Assembly (NCBI RefSeq): GCF_009914755.1 | Contig: NC_060927.1 | DNA length: 64,000 nucleotides | Direction: 5' to 3' (one strand) | Origin: the human T2T-CHM13v2.0 reference genome, Homo sapiens | Part shown: positions 42,559 through 56,583 of the stretch, in pieces | Numbering within the stretch: position 1 is the first letter of the stretch | Layout of the letters: each line of letters begins with the position of its first letter | Notes under the pieces: model-generated | Told to the model about the DNA's origin: nothing | The model's database searches: none | Seen by the model: only the letters and a program-made list of their open reading frames with translations | Translations under genes and position numbers: made by a program

Positions 42559-43973
42559 GGGCAGAGGAAGCCCTGAGCTGACCACCAGAGGAGGGGGGCA
42601 CCAAGGCCACGGCAGTAGGCCAAGGAGCTGAGAGAAGGCCTGGAAAATAAGAAGAGAGTCCAAGTTAGGTGAGGTGTGTGTGGCTGCACCTACTGTATAT
42701 CTGGCCAGCAAGGGCCTAAGCGGGGCAAAGTGAGGTGTCTGTGCAGCAGCTGTAGCATTCATGGTGTGTGCTGACATGGCCAGAGCTGTGGAAAGAAAAC
42801 ATGGGCTTTGCAATCACACAGATGTGGATTCGAATGCTCTGCCTTGGGCAAGTCCCTGCACATCTTTAAGCCTCCTGTGTCTAAGGAGGAACATGGGTCC
42901 CACTGTGCAGGCCTGTGGTGAGGAATGAGGCAAGTGAAGCACCCAGCCTAGTGCCTGGCACATAGCAGGTCCTCAGTGAGCCCCCTCTGCAAAGCCCACC
43001 TCCACTGCAGGAATGCCTGGCAAAGGCCTTTGTCAGCAGGTGACTATCAAATTTACAAATGGGTCCTTCTGCAACCCTATTTTTATCTCAAGATAAAGTC
43101 CGACAACTTGCTGTGAGTGACCAAGGTTCCTAATGTCCACCCTGTCTTCTCTTTCTCATATAACTACAGGATTCTAATGGAACACGAGTGAACTACCTTT
43201 CCCAGCTTCTCCAGCAATAACGTGTGATCATATGACTAAGTTCTCTCTCCTGGAATGTGAGTGAAATGATGTCCACCCCTGTCAGGAGGGGCTTAAGAGA
43301 GTTACGGAGTCTCTGCCACATGGTGCTCAATCCATCATGGGCTTTTTTTTAACTTAATAGTTAAGTAAAAAGATCTCTAGTTTCTTTGCCAAGACTCAGA
43401 TTCTACTCTCTAAACTCTTGGTGAGCATATGAACTGTTCTCTCTGAAAAGTAATTTGACAATATCAATGGGAATTTTGAACATTCCACTACTAAAAATTA
43501 TAATTATGCTACAAACTCATATGTACAAAGGTACTTGTGAAAAAATTGTCATTGTAGCATCTTTTATAAAAGCAAAGTAAAAGAAAAAGTAGAAGAAAGC
43601 AAAGTACAATGTATCTCTATGCAATGGAATATTATGCAGCTATTGATTGGTATAAAGCAGACTTACATGTACTGATATGAAATGATAATCTCCAATATAT
43701 ATATATGTAAACACACACAAAATAGGCATATATACCTCTATTTCTGTTTTAATGACATATTAATATAATCATATTTAATAACTCACCAAAGTGAAAGATA
43801 TATATCACATTAGAATGGTTGTCTATGAGAGGAGGGAGGGAAATGGGAGTGTGGAATGGGGATAAATAAATGGATGGATGGTGTGTGGGTGGTGATGGTC
43901 AGATAGACAGGTAAATAGGCCTTCACAGACCAATGATGATCATTTTATATAAATATATATATATATACATATT

Positions 43974-44312
43974 CAGTCGTCTGTCAGTGTCCATGAGGGA
44001 TTGGTTCCAGGACCCTCCTCAGATACCAAAATCTACAGATGCTCAAATTGCTTATACAAAATGGTGTAGTATTTGCATATAACCTATACACATTCTCGCA
44101 CACACTCTAAATCATCTCTAGATTATTTATAATACCTAATACAATGTAAATGCTATAAAAATAGCTGTTATACTTAATTATTTAGGAATAATGACAAGAA
44201 AAAAACTCTGTACATGTTCAGTACAGAAGAAACTATCCTTTTTTTTTCAAATATTTTTGATCCGCAGTTTGTTGAATCTGTGGATGCAGATCCACAGATA
44301 TGGAGAGTCAAC
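43974..44312 (+). mobile_element. MER2 (Tigger family MITE)
   Basis: CAGTCGTC...GGATTGGTTCCAGGACCC...ATACCAAAATC; flanked by (TA)n. Confidence 0.8.
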
Positions 44313-44642
44313 ATATATATACACCCATACACACACATACATATGAAAGACTCATATTTGTTATAATTAGTTTTATAATGAATAAAATATGCTCATTTAT
44401 AATTCATATGTATGATTCACTTATGTATATTATTTCATAAGCATAGACTGTTTCTGGAAAGATAGACAAGAAGCTATTAGCAATGGCTGCCTCTGGGAAG
44501 TGAAAATAGAGATTACAGGACTTTTATTTTTCACTTTCTACCTCTCTGTACTATTCAAACTTCTTATCATCATCTTCTATCACTTTTATTATTTTTTAAA
44601 ATAAAACATAGAATTTCAGTTCTTGCAGAAGTGAGAATCTGA

Positions 44643-45024
<382 letters not shown>

Positions 45025-45034
45025 CATGATTCAG

Positions 45035-45084
45035 ACTTTAAAAAGTGCAATAGAAAGTGCACTTTAAAAAGTGCAATAGAAAGT
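45035..45084 (+). repeat. 26-bp tandem duplication ACTTTAAAAAGTGCAATAGAAAGT(GC)
   Basis: Direct reading, two copies. Confidence 0.9.
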
Positions 45085-45138
45085 CAAAGAAGTCATCAGC
45101 TTCAGAAGGAAGAAGGCCTTTAAAAAATCGTAGGACTA

Positions 45139-45435
<297 letters not shown>

Positions 45436-45455
45436 CTAGGTTGGCCAAAAAAAAA

Positions 45456-45486
<31 letters not shown>

Positions 45487-45739
45487 AGGGCCTCCAGGAA
45501 CAGCCCCTGACCCCACTGAGCCACTGTCTTCTTCTGTGAAAGGCAGTGACAGGCCAGCCCTGCCTACCTCACAGGGTGCTATGAGACTTGGAGAAGATGC
45601 AAGGGGAAGGTGCTCAGTGATAACAATGGCAGCTCTGCAGGGAGTGTCACCCTCTGTGCTAGATACAAACTCCTAATACAAACCTACAAACAGGTATTAT
45701 TATTCTCATTTTACAAATAAGGAAACTGGTTTCTGGAGT

Positions 45740-46142
45740 GGTTCAGTGGCATCCCCCAAAGGTCATATGTTGAAAACTCAATCCCCAATGCAGCAGTGTT
45801 GAGAGATGGGACATTTAAGAGGTGATTAAGTCACGAAGACTCTGCCCTCATGAATGGATGAATGTCATTATTGTAGGAGTGGGTTAGTTATCACAGGAGT
45901 AGGTTCCTGATGAAAGGAGGAATTCAGTCCCCTTCCCTCTTGCTCTTATGCTTTCTTGACCTTCCACTCTCCACCAGGAGATGATGCAGCAGGAAGGCCC
46001 TTGCCCAATATTGGACTTCAAGCTTGATATTGGACTTGATATTGGACTTAAGCTTCCAGAACTGTGAGAAATACATTTCTTTTCTTTATAAATTACCCAG
46101 TCTGTGTCATTCTGTTGCAACAGTACAAAATGGATGAAAACA
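45740..46142 (+). mobile_element. MSTD-like MaLR solo LTR
   Basis: CCCCAAAGGTCATATGTTGAAAACTCAATCCCCAATG...ATAAATTACCCAGTC. Confidence 0.7.
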
Positions 46143-46316
46143 GGAGACCAGATTTGAAGTGTAATTGTAGGTTCATCTGGCACCAAAGCTTATGGACTCT
46201 GAACCACTCAACATTGATTCTTGGGGCTATTCCTCCTAAAATATTGCTTTGATCAGATTATCATCCTTTATCCCTTAAACCTCCAATTCATCCATTTACT
46301 CACTCCTCATTTATAG

Positions 46317-46765
<449 letters not shown>

Positions 46766-48095
46766 ACATGATACTCACCATGCTTAGCTCCAAAGCTGCA
46801 ACTGTGCCACCAGAGCCTCAGAGACGACTACTCACAACAAGCTGTGCCTCGGAGCAACAGCAGGTTACCAGGCATGCTGTGGGCAAGGGTAATAAGACAC
46901 CTGCTTCCTGATGTCCCAGCTCTCAGGTGAGCTCACCTGAGAACTGCACTGTTTAACTATTTAAGCTTTGGCGTCAGATGTTTGCCAACAGTCCTCTCTC
47001 TAATAATAAAGTCAAGAACTCTCCATCAGCCACTCTCTCTCTCATCTCTCCTCCTACCTTTTTGAATGCTCTTCCTTAAACAGTGGCTATTCTTTCCCCT
47101 TTCTTTTATGACAGGGTGTGCCACTGCCCCCTTGATATTCTGCTATCCACCTGCAACCCATTTCTCCCTGCACGCTATCCCTAGGAATGAGCTCACAGCT
47201 TCAGCTACTATAGGCTTGCTCTAGGCTGAGCCTCAGTCACCCCCAAATCTCTTTCTCTCTAGCCCCTCGGTCTCTTGTGATCTTATACCCAACCATTCCA
47301 TACTGATAATGCCAGGAATTGCAAACCCAAGTTCCACCAGGGCCAGAAAAGTAACATTAAATGCACAAAATGTAGCAGATATGAAAGAAACCACAGTACA
47401 TGTGTGATGATAAATGGCAACTCATTCTCCATCTTATTGTCCAAGGTACAATAAGGCAGTGGTTCTCAAAGTGTGGTCTCTGGACCAGCAGCATCAGCAT
47501 CACCTGGGAATTTGTTAGAAATGCAGATCCCCAGACTTACTGATTTAGAACCACTAAATCTGTGGAGTGCTGGGCTAGGAAACATTAGGGATTGTGGCAA
47601 ACCTGAGAGTGCAGGCCCTGTTTAAGGTGGGAAACCACTATTGAGCTCCAGCCACAGGGGAATGGATTTTGTGTTCCTTATTGGCTAATTCCAAATACAC
47701 TGAGTGATATTCAAAGACTTTGATGAACTGCTTCCAAAAGTACCTCTCTAGCTGCATCTCCCATTTACCATATTACTTGCCTTCCACACTTTCACACTTC
47801 TGGGCTGTTTATTTTATGTATAGACACTGTTTTTAAATGCTTTACAAAGAAGCACTCATCTATTTCTCAGGACAAGCCCTTGAGGAGGTACTATTATCAT
47901 CTAAGCCACAGAGAAATAAAGAAGCTTGCCCAAGATCCAGAGGCAAGATTCACACCCAGGCAGCCTGGCTCCAGTCTGGGCTAGCCTCTATTCTATGCTG
48001 CCTCTTGGTATAGATGGTCCTTTGCCACCTCCTTTTGTTCCAATTAAAGGTTGACACATGTTTCAAGGCCCTGCTTATAAATGATTACCACCATA

Positions 48096-49076
48096 TGGGA
48101 GTGTAAATTAGTTCAACCATTATGGAAGACAGTGTGGCGATTCCTCAAGGATCTAGAACCAGAAATACAAATTGACCCAGCAATCCCATTACTGTGTAGG
48201 TACCCAAAGGATTATAAATCATTCTACTATAAAGATACATGCACACATATATTTATTGCAGCACTATTAACAATAGCCAAGACTTGGAACTAACCCAAAT
48301 GCCCATTAATGATAGACTGGATGAAGAAAATGTGGCACATATACACCATGGAATACTCTGCAGCCATAAAAAATAATGAGTTCATGTACTTTGCAGAGAC
48401 ATGGATGAAGCTGGAAATCATCATTCTCAGCAAATTAACACAGGAACAGAAAACCAAACACAGCATGTTCTCACTCATAAGTGGGAGTTGAACAATGAGA
48501 ACACACAGACACAGGGAGGGGAATATCACACACCGGGCTTCCTGATATCCCAGCTCTCAGGGCTTAAAACCTAGATGACGGGTTCATAGGTGCAGCAAAA
48601 CACCATGCATGTATACCTATGTAACAAACATGCACGTTCTGCACATGTATCCCAGAACTTAAAGTAAAATTAAAAATAAAATAAATAGATCCCATTTGTC
48701 TATTTCGGCTTTTGTTACCATTGCTTTTGGTGTTTTAGTCATGAAGTCCTTGCTGGAAACCATCATTCTGAGCAAACTATCACAAGGACAGAAAATCAAA
48801 CACGGCCTGTTCTCACTCATAGGTGGGAATTGAACAATGAGAACACTTGGACACAGGAAGGGGAACATCACACACCAGGGCCTGTTGGGGGATGGAGGGC
48901 TGGGGGAGGGATAGCATTAGGAGAAATACCTAATGTAAATGACGAGTTAATGGGTACAGTAAACCCACATGGCACATGTATACATAATGTAACAAACCTG
49001 CACGTTGTGCACAGGTACCCTAGAACTTAAAGTATAATAATAAAAAAAAACTTCCCACAATAAAATAAATAAATAA
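48096..49076 (+). mobile_element. Two nested L1PA 3' ends: a twin-primed copy inserted into the tail of an older copy
   Basis: First 3' end at 48096-48685; inverted ORF2 piece at about 48686-48750; second 3' end at about 48751-49050; outer TSD ATAAATGATTA(C/T)CACCATA at 48077-48095 and 49077-49095. Confidence 0.85.
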
Positions 49077-50286
49077 ATAAATGATTATCACCATAAATCC
49101 CTGCTACGCTCACAGTCAAAGTTCCCTGCCCCTCCCCTGGGCTTCCAGAGCGCACAGCATACACTTTGTCTGTTAGGGTGTCTCTGCAACATTCATATCT
49201 CCATCCCATCAACAAATGATTCCTGAGGCCCTACTAAGTGCCAGGCATCATGACTGGCACTCGGGATCAATGTTGACCTGGGCAACTATCCCTGCCGTTG
49301 TTAATAAAAATAGTTCACATTTCTGGAATTCTATTATTTTCCATACACAGTGCTAAGGCTTTACATGTATTATCCCACTTAATTCTCACAACAACCTATT
49401 ATGCAGATGAAGAAACAGAGTGTGATCAAAGAGAGGAAACAGAGAGAGGAAACAAACAGGGGAAATGACTTTCCCACAGTCACACAACTAGTAAGTGATA
49501 GTGTCTGGCTCCAAAGTTTTTTTCTCCAGAGAGACAGAAAAATACACAGAAATTAACCCACAGAGCGGCAAGTGCCAAGACAGGAGCTGGGAAAGGGTTC
49601 TCTGGGAACACCAAGGAAGGGCCCATACCAGGATGCTTCTGTCTCCTTCCTCCCCCACTCCCCTGGCTGTGAACTTTACAGGGGCTGAGACCATGGCTTA
49701 TTCGTATCTGCTGTATCCCAGTCCCCAGCCCATTACCTGGCACCCAGATTGCTACTGAACGGAGCAAAATTGTTGAAATCTCAGCATATCTGACTTAAAA
49801 ATTCTGTTATTCTTAGGGTCTTGAAGTAATGGGGCTATGGACTGCCAAGAGTTAGTACAAAGAGTAAAAGCTGAGTAGGAATCCTTCATTCGGACTCATT
49901 GGAGGGAAATGCCACTCAGACTTAGTAAATGCTTTATTTGTTGACCATCTGCATCCAGAGTTTAATCCCATGGGCAAGTAATAAGAGCTGAGAGTGCAGG
50001 AGTCCCGGCAGGTGGAATCAGGCATATCAATGAGAAGTCGCAGTGCCCACGCTGACTGTCAAGATATGGCCTCAGTGTTGGAGCTTGCTTCCTGAGCAGC
50101 CCTGAAACCTTCATACTTACACTCTGAGCATACTCCATAAACACAGAAGGTGGCTGCCCCACTCCCAACTACACAGAATTAGGGGTCTGAGTTCATGAGG
50201 TTTTAATGTACCTCAAAAGTATTACTCATGTCTTTTTCTAGAACCCTAAGGGTCCAATTCTTAGATGTCCTAGAGCTCTGGCATTA

Positions 50287-50670
<384 letters not shown>

Positions 50671-51252
50671 TTATCAAACATCTATATGTCAGGCACTGTG
50701 CCTGCCTTTAAAAGTAGTAATTCTAAACTCATATAGCCTTGTAGATGGCTATGGTTCGTCTCATCTCACAGATGTAGAAACTGAGGCTCAGAGAAGCTAA
50801 GATCCCTGCTCACTCAGCTACTAAATAATGAAGCCAAGATTCAAACCAAGTTCTATCTGACTCCAGAGCTTTTGAATTATGCCAAACTCTTAATAATTAT
50901 GATAATTATAATGATATACAAATTATTTTCCATTATGGAAATTACAATACCTGAGTTTTCTTGATCAAAGTGCAAGCGCTGACAGAGTTTACAGCAAATC
51001 ACCACAGGGTTAGTGTTGGGGATTCTAAATTCTCCCTGTATTTCAGCAGGGCTTGTCTGAACCCGACTCAGCTCCACAGCTTGCGTCCTGATTAGGATAG
51101 GCGGACAAAAAGCCAAATGAGAGTGTTGCATGTTACCTGGAAACCATACACCCCAGGGGCAAGGACATCGTGCTTTTTTCAGACGAATTGTGAGCAGACT
51201 GCTTTTCCCACATCTGGGAATAAAAACACAAGGAAGAAATGACTCACTGTCA

Positions 51253-51545
<293 letters not shown>

Positions 51546-52306
51546 AGAGAAGAAATGACTCACTGTCATTAGGAAAACTGAAGCTGTTTAATCACCTTTA
51601 GATATATTGACAGGGTTTTGGGAAACTTCCCATTCCTAGACCAATATTATGAATAAGGGACCCAAAAGAATATTTGTGCTAACATTCAAACTTGCTTCAT
51701 TGTTAAGAGTTGGTTTCTGCCTGGGACAATCCCACACCCATCTAGAATATAGAAAACCCATCTACCACCCTTGCTTTGCACACTCCCAGTGACAAGTTGT
51801 TCACCACCTCACAAGACAGCCATCCCACTGTGAAACAATCCCTGGAGACTTTATGGTTCTTCTAAAACCGGCCCACCAATAATCTGTCAAAAATAACTCC
51901 CTCAAAATTGGCCAAACACCTTATTTTTTAACATAAACTGACAGCTAGACAACAACAACAACATCACCACTTTACTGTCTCTTCTGCTTCCTCAAGAATG
52001 CAGTCAAGAGGAGAACTTGAGGGAGCCAAGTTTCCAAGGTGGCTGCCAGGCAATCATTTACAAACCTGCCCTGGCTCCCAAGCTAACTTCAGCAGTGCCC
52101 ACTGGGGGAGCTCAGGCGTGTCATTAATGCTAATTGTTGTGGCTGCCAAGGAAACCTTCACACAGTTTGCAAACAGGCTATGCACACACAGTATGCAAGG
52201 GAGCTCCAGAGACCTCAACAGAGATGACAGGGACCTGGGAGCTCTCCTGAAGTACTGCCACTGCAGAGCTTAGCCTTATTCTCAGATTCCATGGTGTTCT
52301 CCTTTT

Positions 52307-52906
52307 CCACTCTTCCCTGACCCTCATGGGGGCTGCAGCGACTCCTAGAACCTTCAAGCAGCGAGACAAAGGTCCCCTCAACCGGGCACAGCGCTCTCCT
52401 TACACCTGGCCTCCTATTCCCAGCAACTTTAAGGAGATATTTTTAAGTGGCCATGGTTTTATCAAAAGCCTATTAAGTTTTTGCCACAAACGGATTTTAT
52501 TTAAAATAAAAATAGGGGTAGGTATTTGACTGATGTCTCTTGGGAGTGTTTTAGAGAAGAGGAATGAATACTGACATGTCCTATCTTCCCAGATGCAGAA
52601 TTGTAAAACAAACAAACATAATTGCTTTTCACATGTAAAAGAAAACTGGCTTAGAACATACTAGCGTTTTCTTTGCCATGAAGGAGTTCACCTTCAGTGA
52701 CTAAGCCAGAACTACTAGAGCTGCCAGGCCTAGGGACAGGAGACATTGCCAGTGCTTAGCCAGGCTGGCCAGGACTAACCATCTCTGCAAGGAGTCCACA
52801 AGAAGCCTCAGGGCAGCCTTTCCCTGCTCCTATCAATTTGAGTTGAGCAAAAAACCTTTGACCAAATATCAGCTCCATGGCACAACCCACAGTTATGGTG
52901 CCCACA
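52307..52906 (+). repeat. Left arm of ~600-bp inverted repeat (in DZIP1L intron 1)
   Basis: Reverse complement of 54747-55343; 22 substitutions and 2 indels by hand alignment; mirrored ORFs 52326+/55121- and 52400-/55035+. Confidence 0.97.
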
Positions 52907-53599
52907 TGAACTCAGGTTTCTGTTCCCAACCTGAAGCATACAACTTCATGAGGTATTTTATCAAGTTAGATAGTATCAAAAAATATTCCCAGATGAGGGA
53001 GGTGTCTGACCAAGACAGTCAGAAGGCCCCTTATCAGCCACTAGACTGGAGGATCAGCCTTCCCTAAGCAGGATTGTTCTCACTGGCCAGTCCTCACATC
53101 CGGGAGGGGGAGGAGAGGTGCTAGGGGCTGCAACTGAGAAGGGAGAGATCACCCACCCTATCTGCAGATGAGGGTGTGAGAAGCCAAGTCAGAACACCCC
53201 ATACTTCCCAGGCCTCTCTCCAAAGTCCTGTTAGAAATCGAATTCCAGGAGACCAGGCAGGGGCAGCCTAGGCCCTGGGCCCCTAGGAAGTGCTCCGTGA
53301 ACTAGGCCCTGCCCAGGCAGCCTCGGACCCCCTCCTCTGCCCTGCCTCCTGATCCCTGTCCTGCACTGAGCAGGTCTTCGGTGGACTTTATGCGCAGCCA
53401 CCTCAGGATGAAAATACCACGTCTGCCTCCTGCTGAGGTCCAGCCCAGGAAAGGAAGAAGGGGAACGAAAGATGCCAATGCGATTGCTTTTAAATCACCT
53501 CATTACTAAAAGAATCCTCCTTTACCTACGGCACTCAGATCATCAAGCCCTCCCAAATCACTTTTCTTTTTTCAAAAAGTAAAAACCCAAGGCCGTCTT

Positions 53600-54480
53600 C
53601 CCAGTGAAGCCGAGTCTTGGGGCATCCCGTCATTCGTCCCCCGCGCACGGGTCCTTCCCTCCCTGGGCGCCGCAGTTCGGAGCAGGCCGAGGGGGCCGGG
53701 CTGCAGGGCCGCGCCGGGCCAGAAGGGCGCGCCCTGGGCAGCGCGGACGCACGCAGCCGGCTCCTCCCGCGCCCCGCTGCACCCCGGCAGGGAGTTCGCC
53801 CCCGCTAATGTTTAACCTCCCGAATCGCTGATCCCTCGGACTGCAGCCAAGCTACCCACCCGCCCCGCTCCCGGGACGAATTCCTGGCATAGTTTTCCCG
53901 CGCGGCCCGCTCACCGTGGGGTCTCCTGGAGCCGGGGACGGCGGGAAGACGTCTCGAGGTGGCGGCTCCCATACTCGCCCCACGTCCCGCCTCCAGACTT
54001 GCTCCACCGCCCCAGACAGCCCAGAGATGGTTCCCGGAATGCTCACCGCCCGCCGTTCCCGGGATGCTTCCCCAGCCCCACGCAGTCCGGGCGCTCTCTG
54101 CGGCGGAGGCAGAGCCTGCCCGGCCCACTCCAGTGCCGCCAACCTGCGGGACCGCGGACAGAGAGCTCCTCGGTGCGTCGGTCAGCTCGTGGCTTGGGGT
54201 CTCTGGTGCCTCCAGCTCCTACTACAGCCGCCCCGCCCCACCTCAAGAAGAGGTGGAGCCTCTCCCGGCCCCTCTCGGACGAGCTATTTTTAGGTCTGTA
54301 ACGGATGGGGGAAGGCGGGAATGCCACGTTTAATCCGTTAGTAAAATCCAGGATCCAAGTGAATGGCTTCCTGGCCTTGCTGAGAGGCTGGACTTGCCCC
54401 GGTTTCCCCACACCCTGCCTCCGGTACAATCGATAGCCTGCTGTGCAGGGGCGGCCGCACCCCCCGGGCAGATAGCCCTG
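53600..54480. promoter_or_regulatory. DZIP1L: CpG island / DZIP1L promoter with GC boxes
   Basis: Only CpG-dense region in the window; CCGCCC motifs; lies 5' of exon 2 on the minus strand. Confidence 0.88.
53915..54200 (-). other. DZIP1L: Probable non-coding exon 1 of DZIP1L (TSS approximate)
   Basis: Donor ACG|GTGAGC ending at 53915, with a second candidate GCG|GTGAGC ending at 54047, inside the CpG island. Confidence 0.65.
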
Positions 54481-54746
54481 CCCACCCTCCTAAAGGGACC
54501 GTCCTGGTTTCTTCCTGACCGGATCCCAAGCTAGGAGAGTTCTTTGGGTGTGCCCCAGGTCTGATCAGACAGACAGCAGCCACCTTCCCTCCGCAGCCCC
54601 CACCCACCACCCCCTACCCTCCCAACCTGCTGGTTTGCCCTGGGGATGCCAACTTGGAAACCCAGGACTGAAAAACTTATTTTTTCTCCTGATATTAGTC
54701 CCTGATCTCTTCCCATAGTAGTAGTTGCTTTGCTGAGATTCCGTTT

Positions 54747-55343
54747 TGTGGGCACCGTAACTGTGAGTTGTGCCATAGAGCTGATATTTGGTCAAAATGT
54801 TTGTTGCTCAACTCAAATTGATAGGAGCAGGGAAAGGCTGCCCTGAGGCTTCTTGTGGACTCCTTGCAGAGATGGTTAGTCCTGGCCAGCCTGGCTAAGC
54901 ACTGGCAATGTCTCCTGTCCCTAGGCCCGGCAACTCTAGTAGTTCTGGCTTAGTCACTGAAGGTGAACTCCTTCATGGCAAAGAAAACGCTAGTATGTTC
55001 TAAGCCAGTTTTCTTTCACATGTGAAAAGCAGTTATGTTTGTTTTACAATTCTGCATCTGGGAAGATAGGACATGTCAGTATTCATTCCTCTTCTCTAGA
55101 GCACTCACAAGGGGCATCAGTCAAATACCTACCCCTATTTTTATTTTAAATAAAATCCTTTTGTGGCAAAAACTTAATAGGCATTTGATAAAACCATGGC
55201 CACTTAAAAATATCTCCTTAAAGTTGCTGGGAATAGGAGGCCAGGTGTAAGGAGAGCTCTGCGCCTGGTGGAGGGAACCTCTGTCTCGCTGCTTGAAGGT
55301 TCTAGGAGTCGCTGCAGCCCCCATGAGGGTCAGGGAAGAGTGG
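54747..55343 (-). repeat. Right arm of ~600-bp inverted repeat (upstream of the DZIP1L TSS)
   Basis: Reverse complement of 52307-52906. Confidence 0.97.
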
Positions 55344-55499
55344 GAAAAAAGCTCCTTTTCACACACACTCTCTCTCTCTCCACTCCGCAACTCTTCTCCC
55401 TCCCTCTTTCTCTTTTTTCCATTTCAAAGGCTTTCGTCCCACCACAATCTCAATCTGCCAAGCTCTACATTTTGAGGCAGCCAAAGCAAATGTGTATGG

Positions 55500-56583
55500 G
55501 AACAAGCGTTGTCAAGGACTTGCAGGGAAACTGGAACTCCTGTGCATTGCTGGTGGGAATGTAAAATGGTACCATTACTGTGGATACAGAATGGTAGTTC
55601 CTCAAAAAATTAAACAAGAATTGCCAAAAGATCCAACAATTCCATTTCTGGGTATATACCCCAAAGAACTGAAAGCAGGGATTCAAACAGATATTTGTAT
55701 ACTCATGTTCATAATAGCATTATTCACAATAGCCAAAAAGTGGAAACAATTCAAATGTCTATCGACAGATTAATGGATAAGCAAAATGTGGTATATCCAT
55801 ACAATGTAATATTAACTTTAAAAGGGAAGGAAATTCTGACACATGAATGAACCTTGAAAACTGTCTTAGTCTATTCAGGCTGCTATAACAAAATACCATT
55901 GAGTGGGTAGCATATAAACAATAGAAGTTTTTTTCTTACAGTTCTGGAGGCTGGGAAGTCCAAAATCAAGACATTGGCAGATTCGGTGCCTGGTGAGGGC
56001 CTGTTTCCTGGTTGATAGGCTGTCATCTTCTCACTGCACCCTCACTTAGTAGAAGGGGGCTGGCTAGCTCTCTGGGGTTTCTTTCATAAGGGCACTAGTC
56101 CCAATTATGAGGACTCTACCTTCATGACCTAACCACCCCCCAAAGGCCCCACCTCCCAATACCGTCACCTTGGGGGTCAGGATTTCAACCCCATTTTGCA
56201 GGGACACAAACATTCAGATCAAGGCAAAAGCATTATGCTAAATGAAATAAGCTGGACACAAAAGGACAAATATTGTATTATTCCACTTATACCTGGAAAT
56301 ATTGTATGATTCCACTTGTACCTAGAATAGTCCATTCACAGAGACAGAAAGTAGAATAGTGGTTACCAGTGGCTGGAGGAGGGGGAATGAGTAGTTATTG
56401 ATTCATGAGTACAGATTCTCAGTTTGGGAATGATGAAAAAGTTCCAGAGATAAATGGTAGTGATGGTTGCACAATAATGTGAATGTACTTAATGCCACTG
56501 AATTGTACACTTGAAAATGGTTACGATGGCAAATTTTACATTATGTACAGTTTATCACAATTTTTTAAACATTAAAAAAAAAT
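55500..56583 (+). mobile_element. L1MB-like 3' end, interrupted by an MLT1A LTR
   Basis: ORF2 C-terminal remnant in ORF 55492..55773; L1MB-type 3'UTR (GATGAAAAAGTTC, GTGAATGTACTTAATGCCACTGAATTGTACAC). Confidence 0.8.
55862..56226 (-). mobile_element. MLT1A0-like MaLR solo LTR
   Basis: TGTCTTAGTC...GCTGCTATAACAAAATACC...GGGACACAAACATTCAG. Confidence 0.8.

Noticed and set aside
41878-42813. 311-aa ORF as a single-exon gene or N-terminal extension
   Set aside because: It is DZIP1L exon 2 plus open intronic flanks; clear splice sites lie at 42639 and 42058.
53604-54610. Many overlapping GC-rich ORFs
   Set aside because: Expected from stop-codon scarcity in a CpG island; only the spliced uORF was retained.
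52307-55343. The inverted repeat as terminal inverted repeats of a DNA transposon
   Set aside because: No TSD seen, the arms are far longer than Tigger or Charlie TIRs, and the interior is a host promoter with no transposase.
52326-55390. Mirrored ORF pairs (MGAAATPRTFKQRD..., MFVLQFCIWEDRTCQYS...) as duplicated small genes
   Set aside because: They are by-products of the inverted repeat; short, no recognisable domain, and they end differently in the two arms.
56267-56327. 29-bp tandem duplication and other short direct repeats (131-154, 46008-46050) as CRISPR-like arrays
   Set aside because: Only 2-3 adjacent copies with no spacers; ordinary slippage duplications in a eukaryotic genome.
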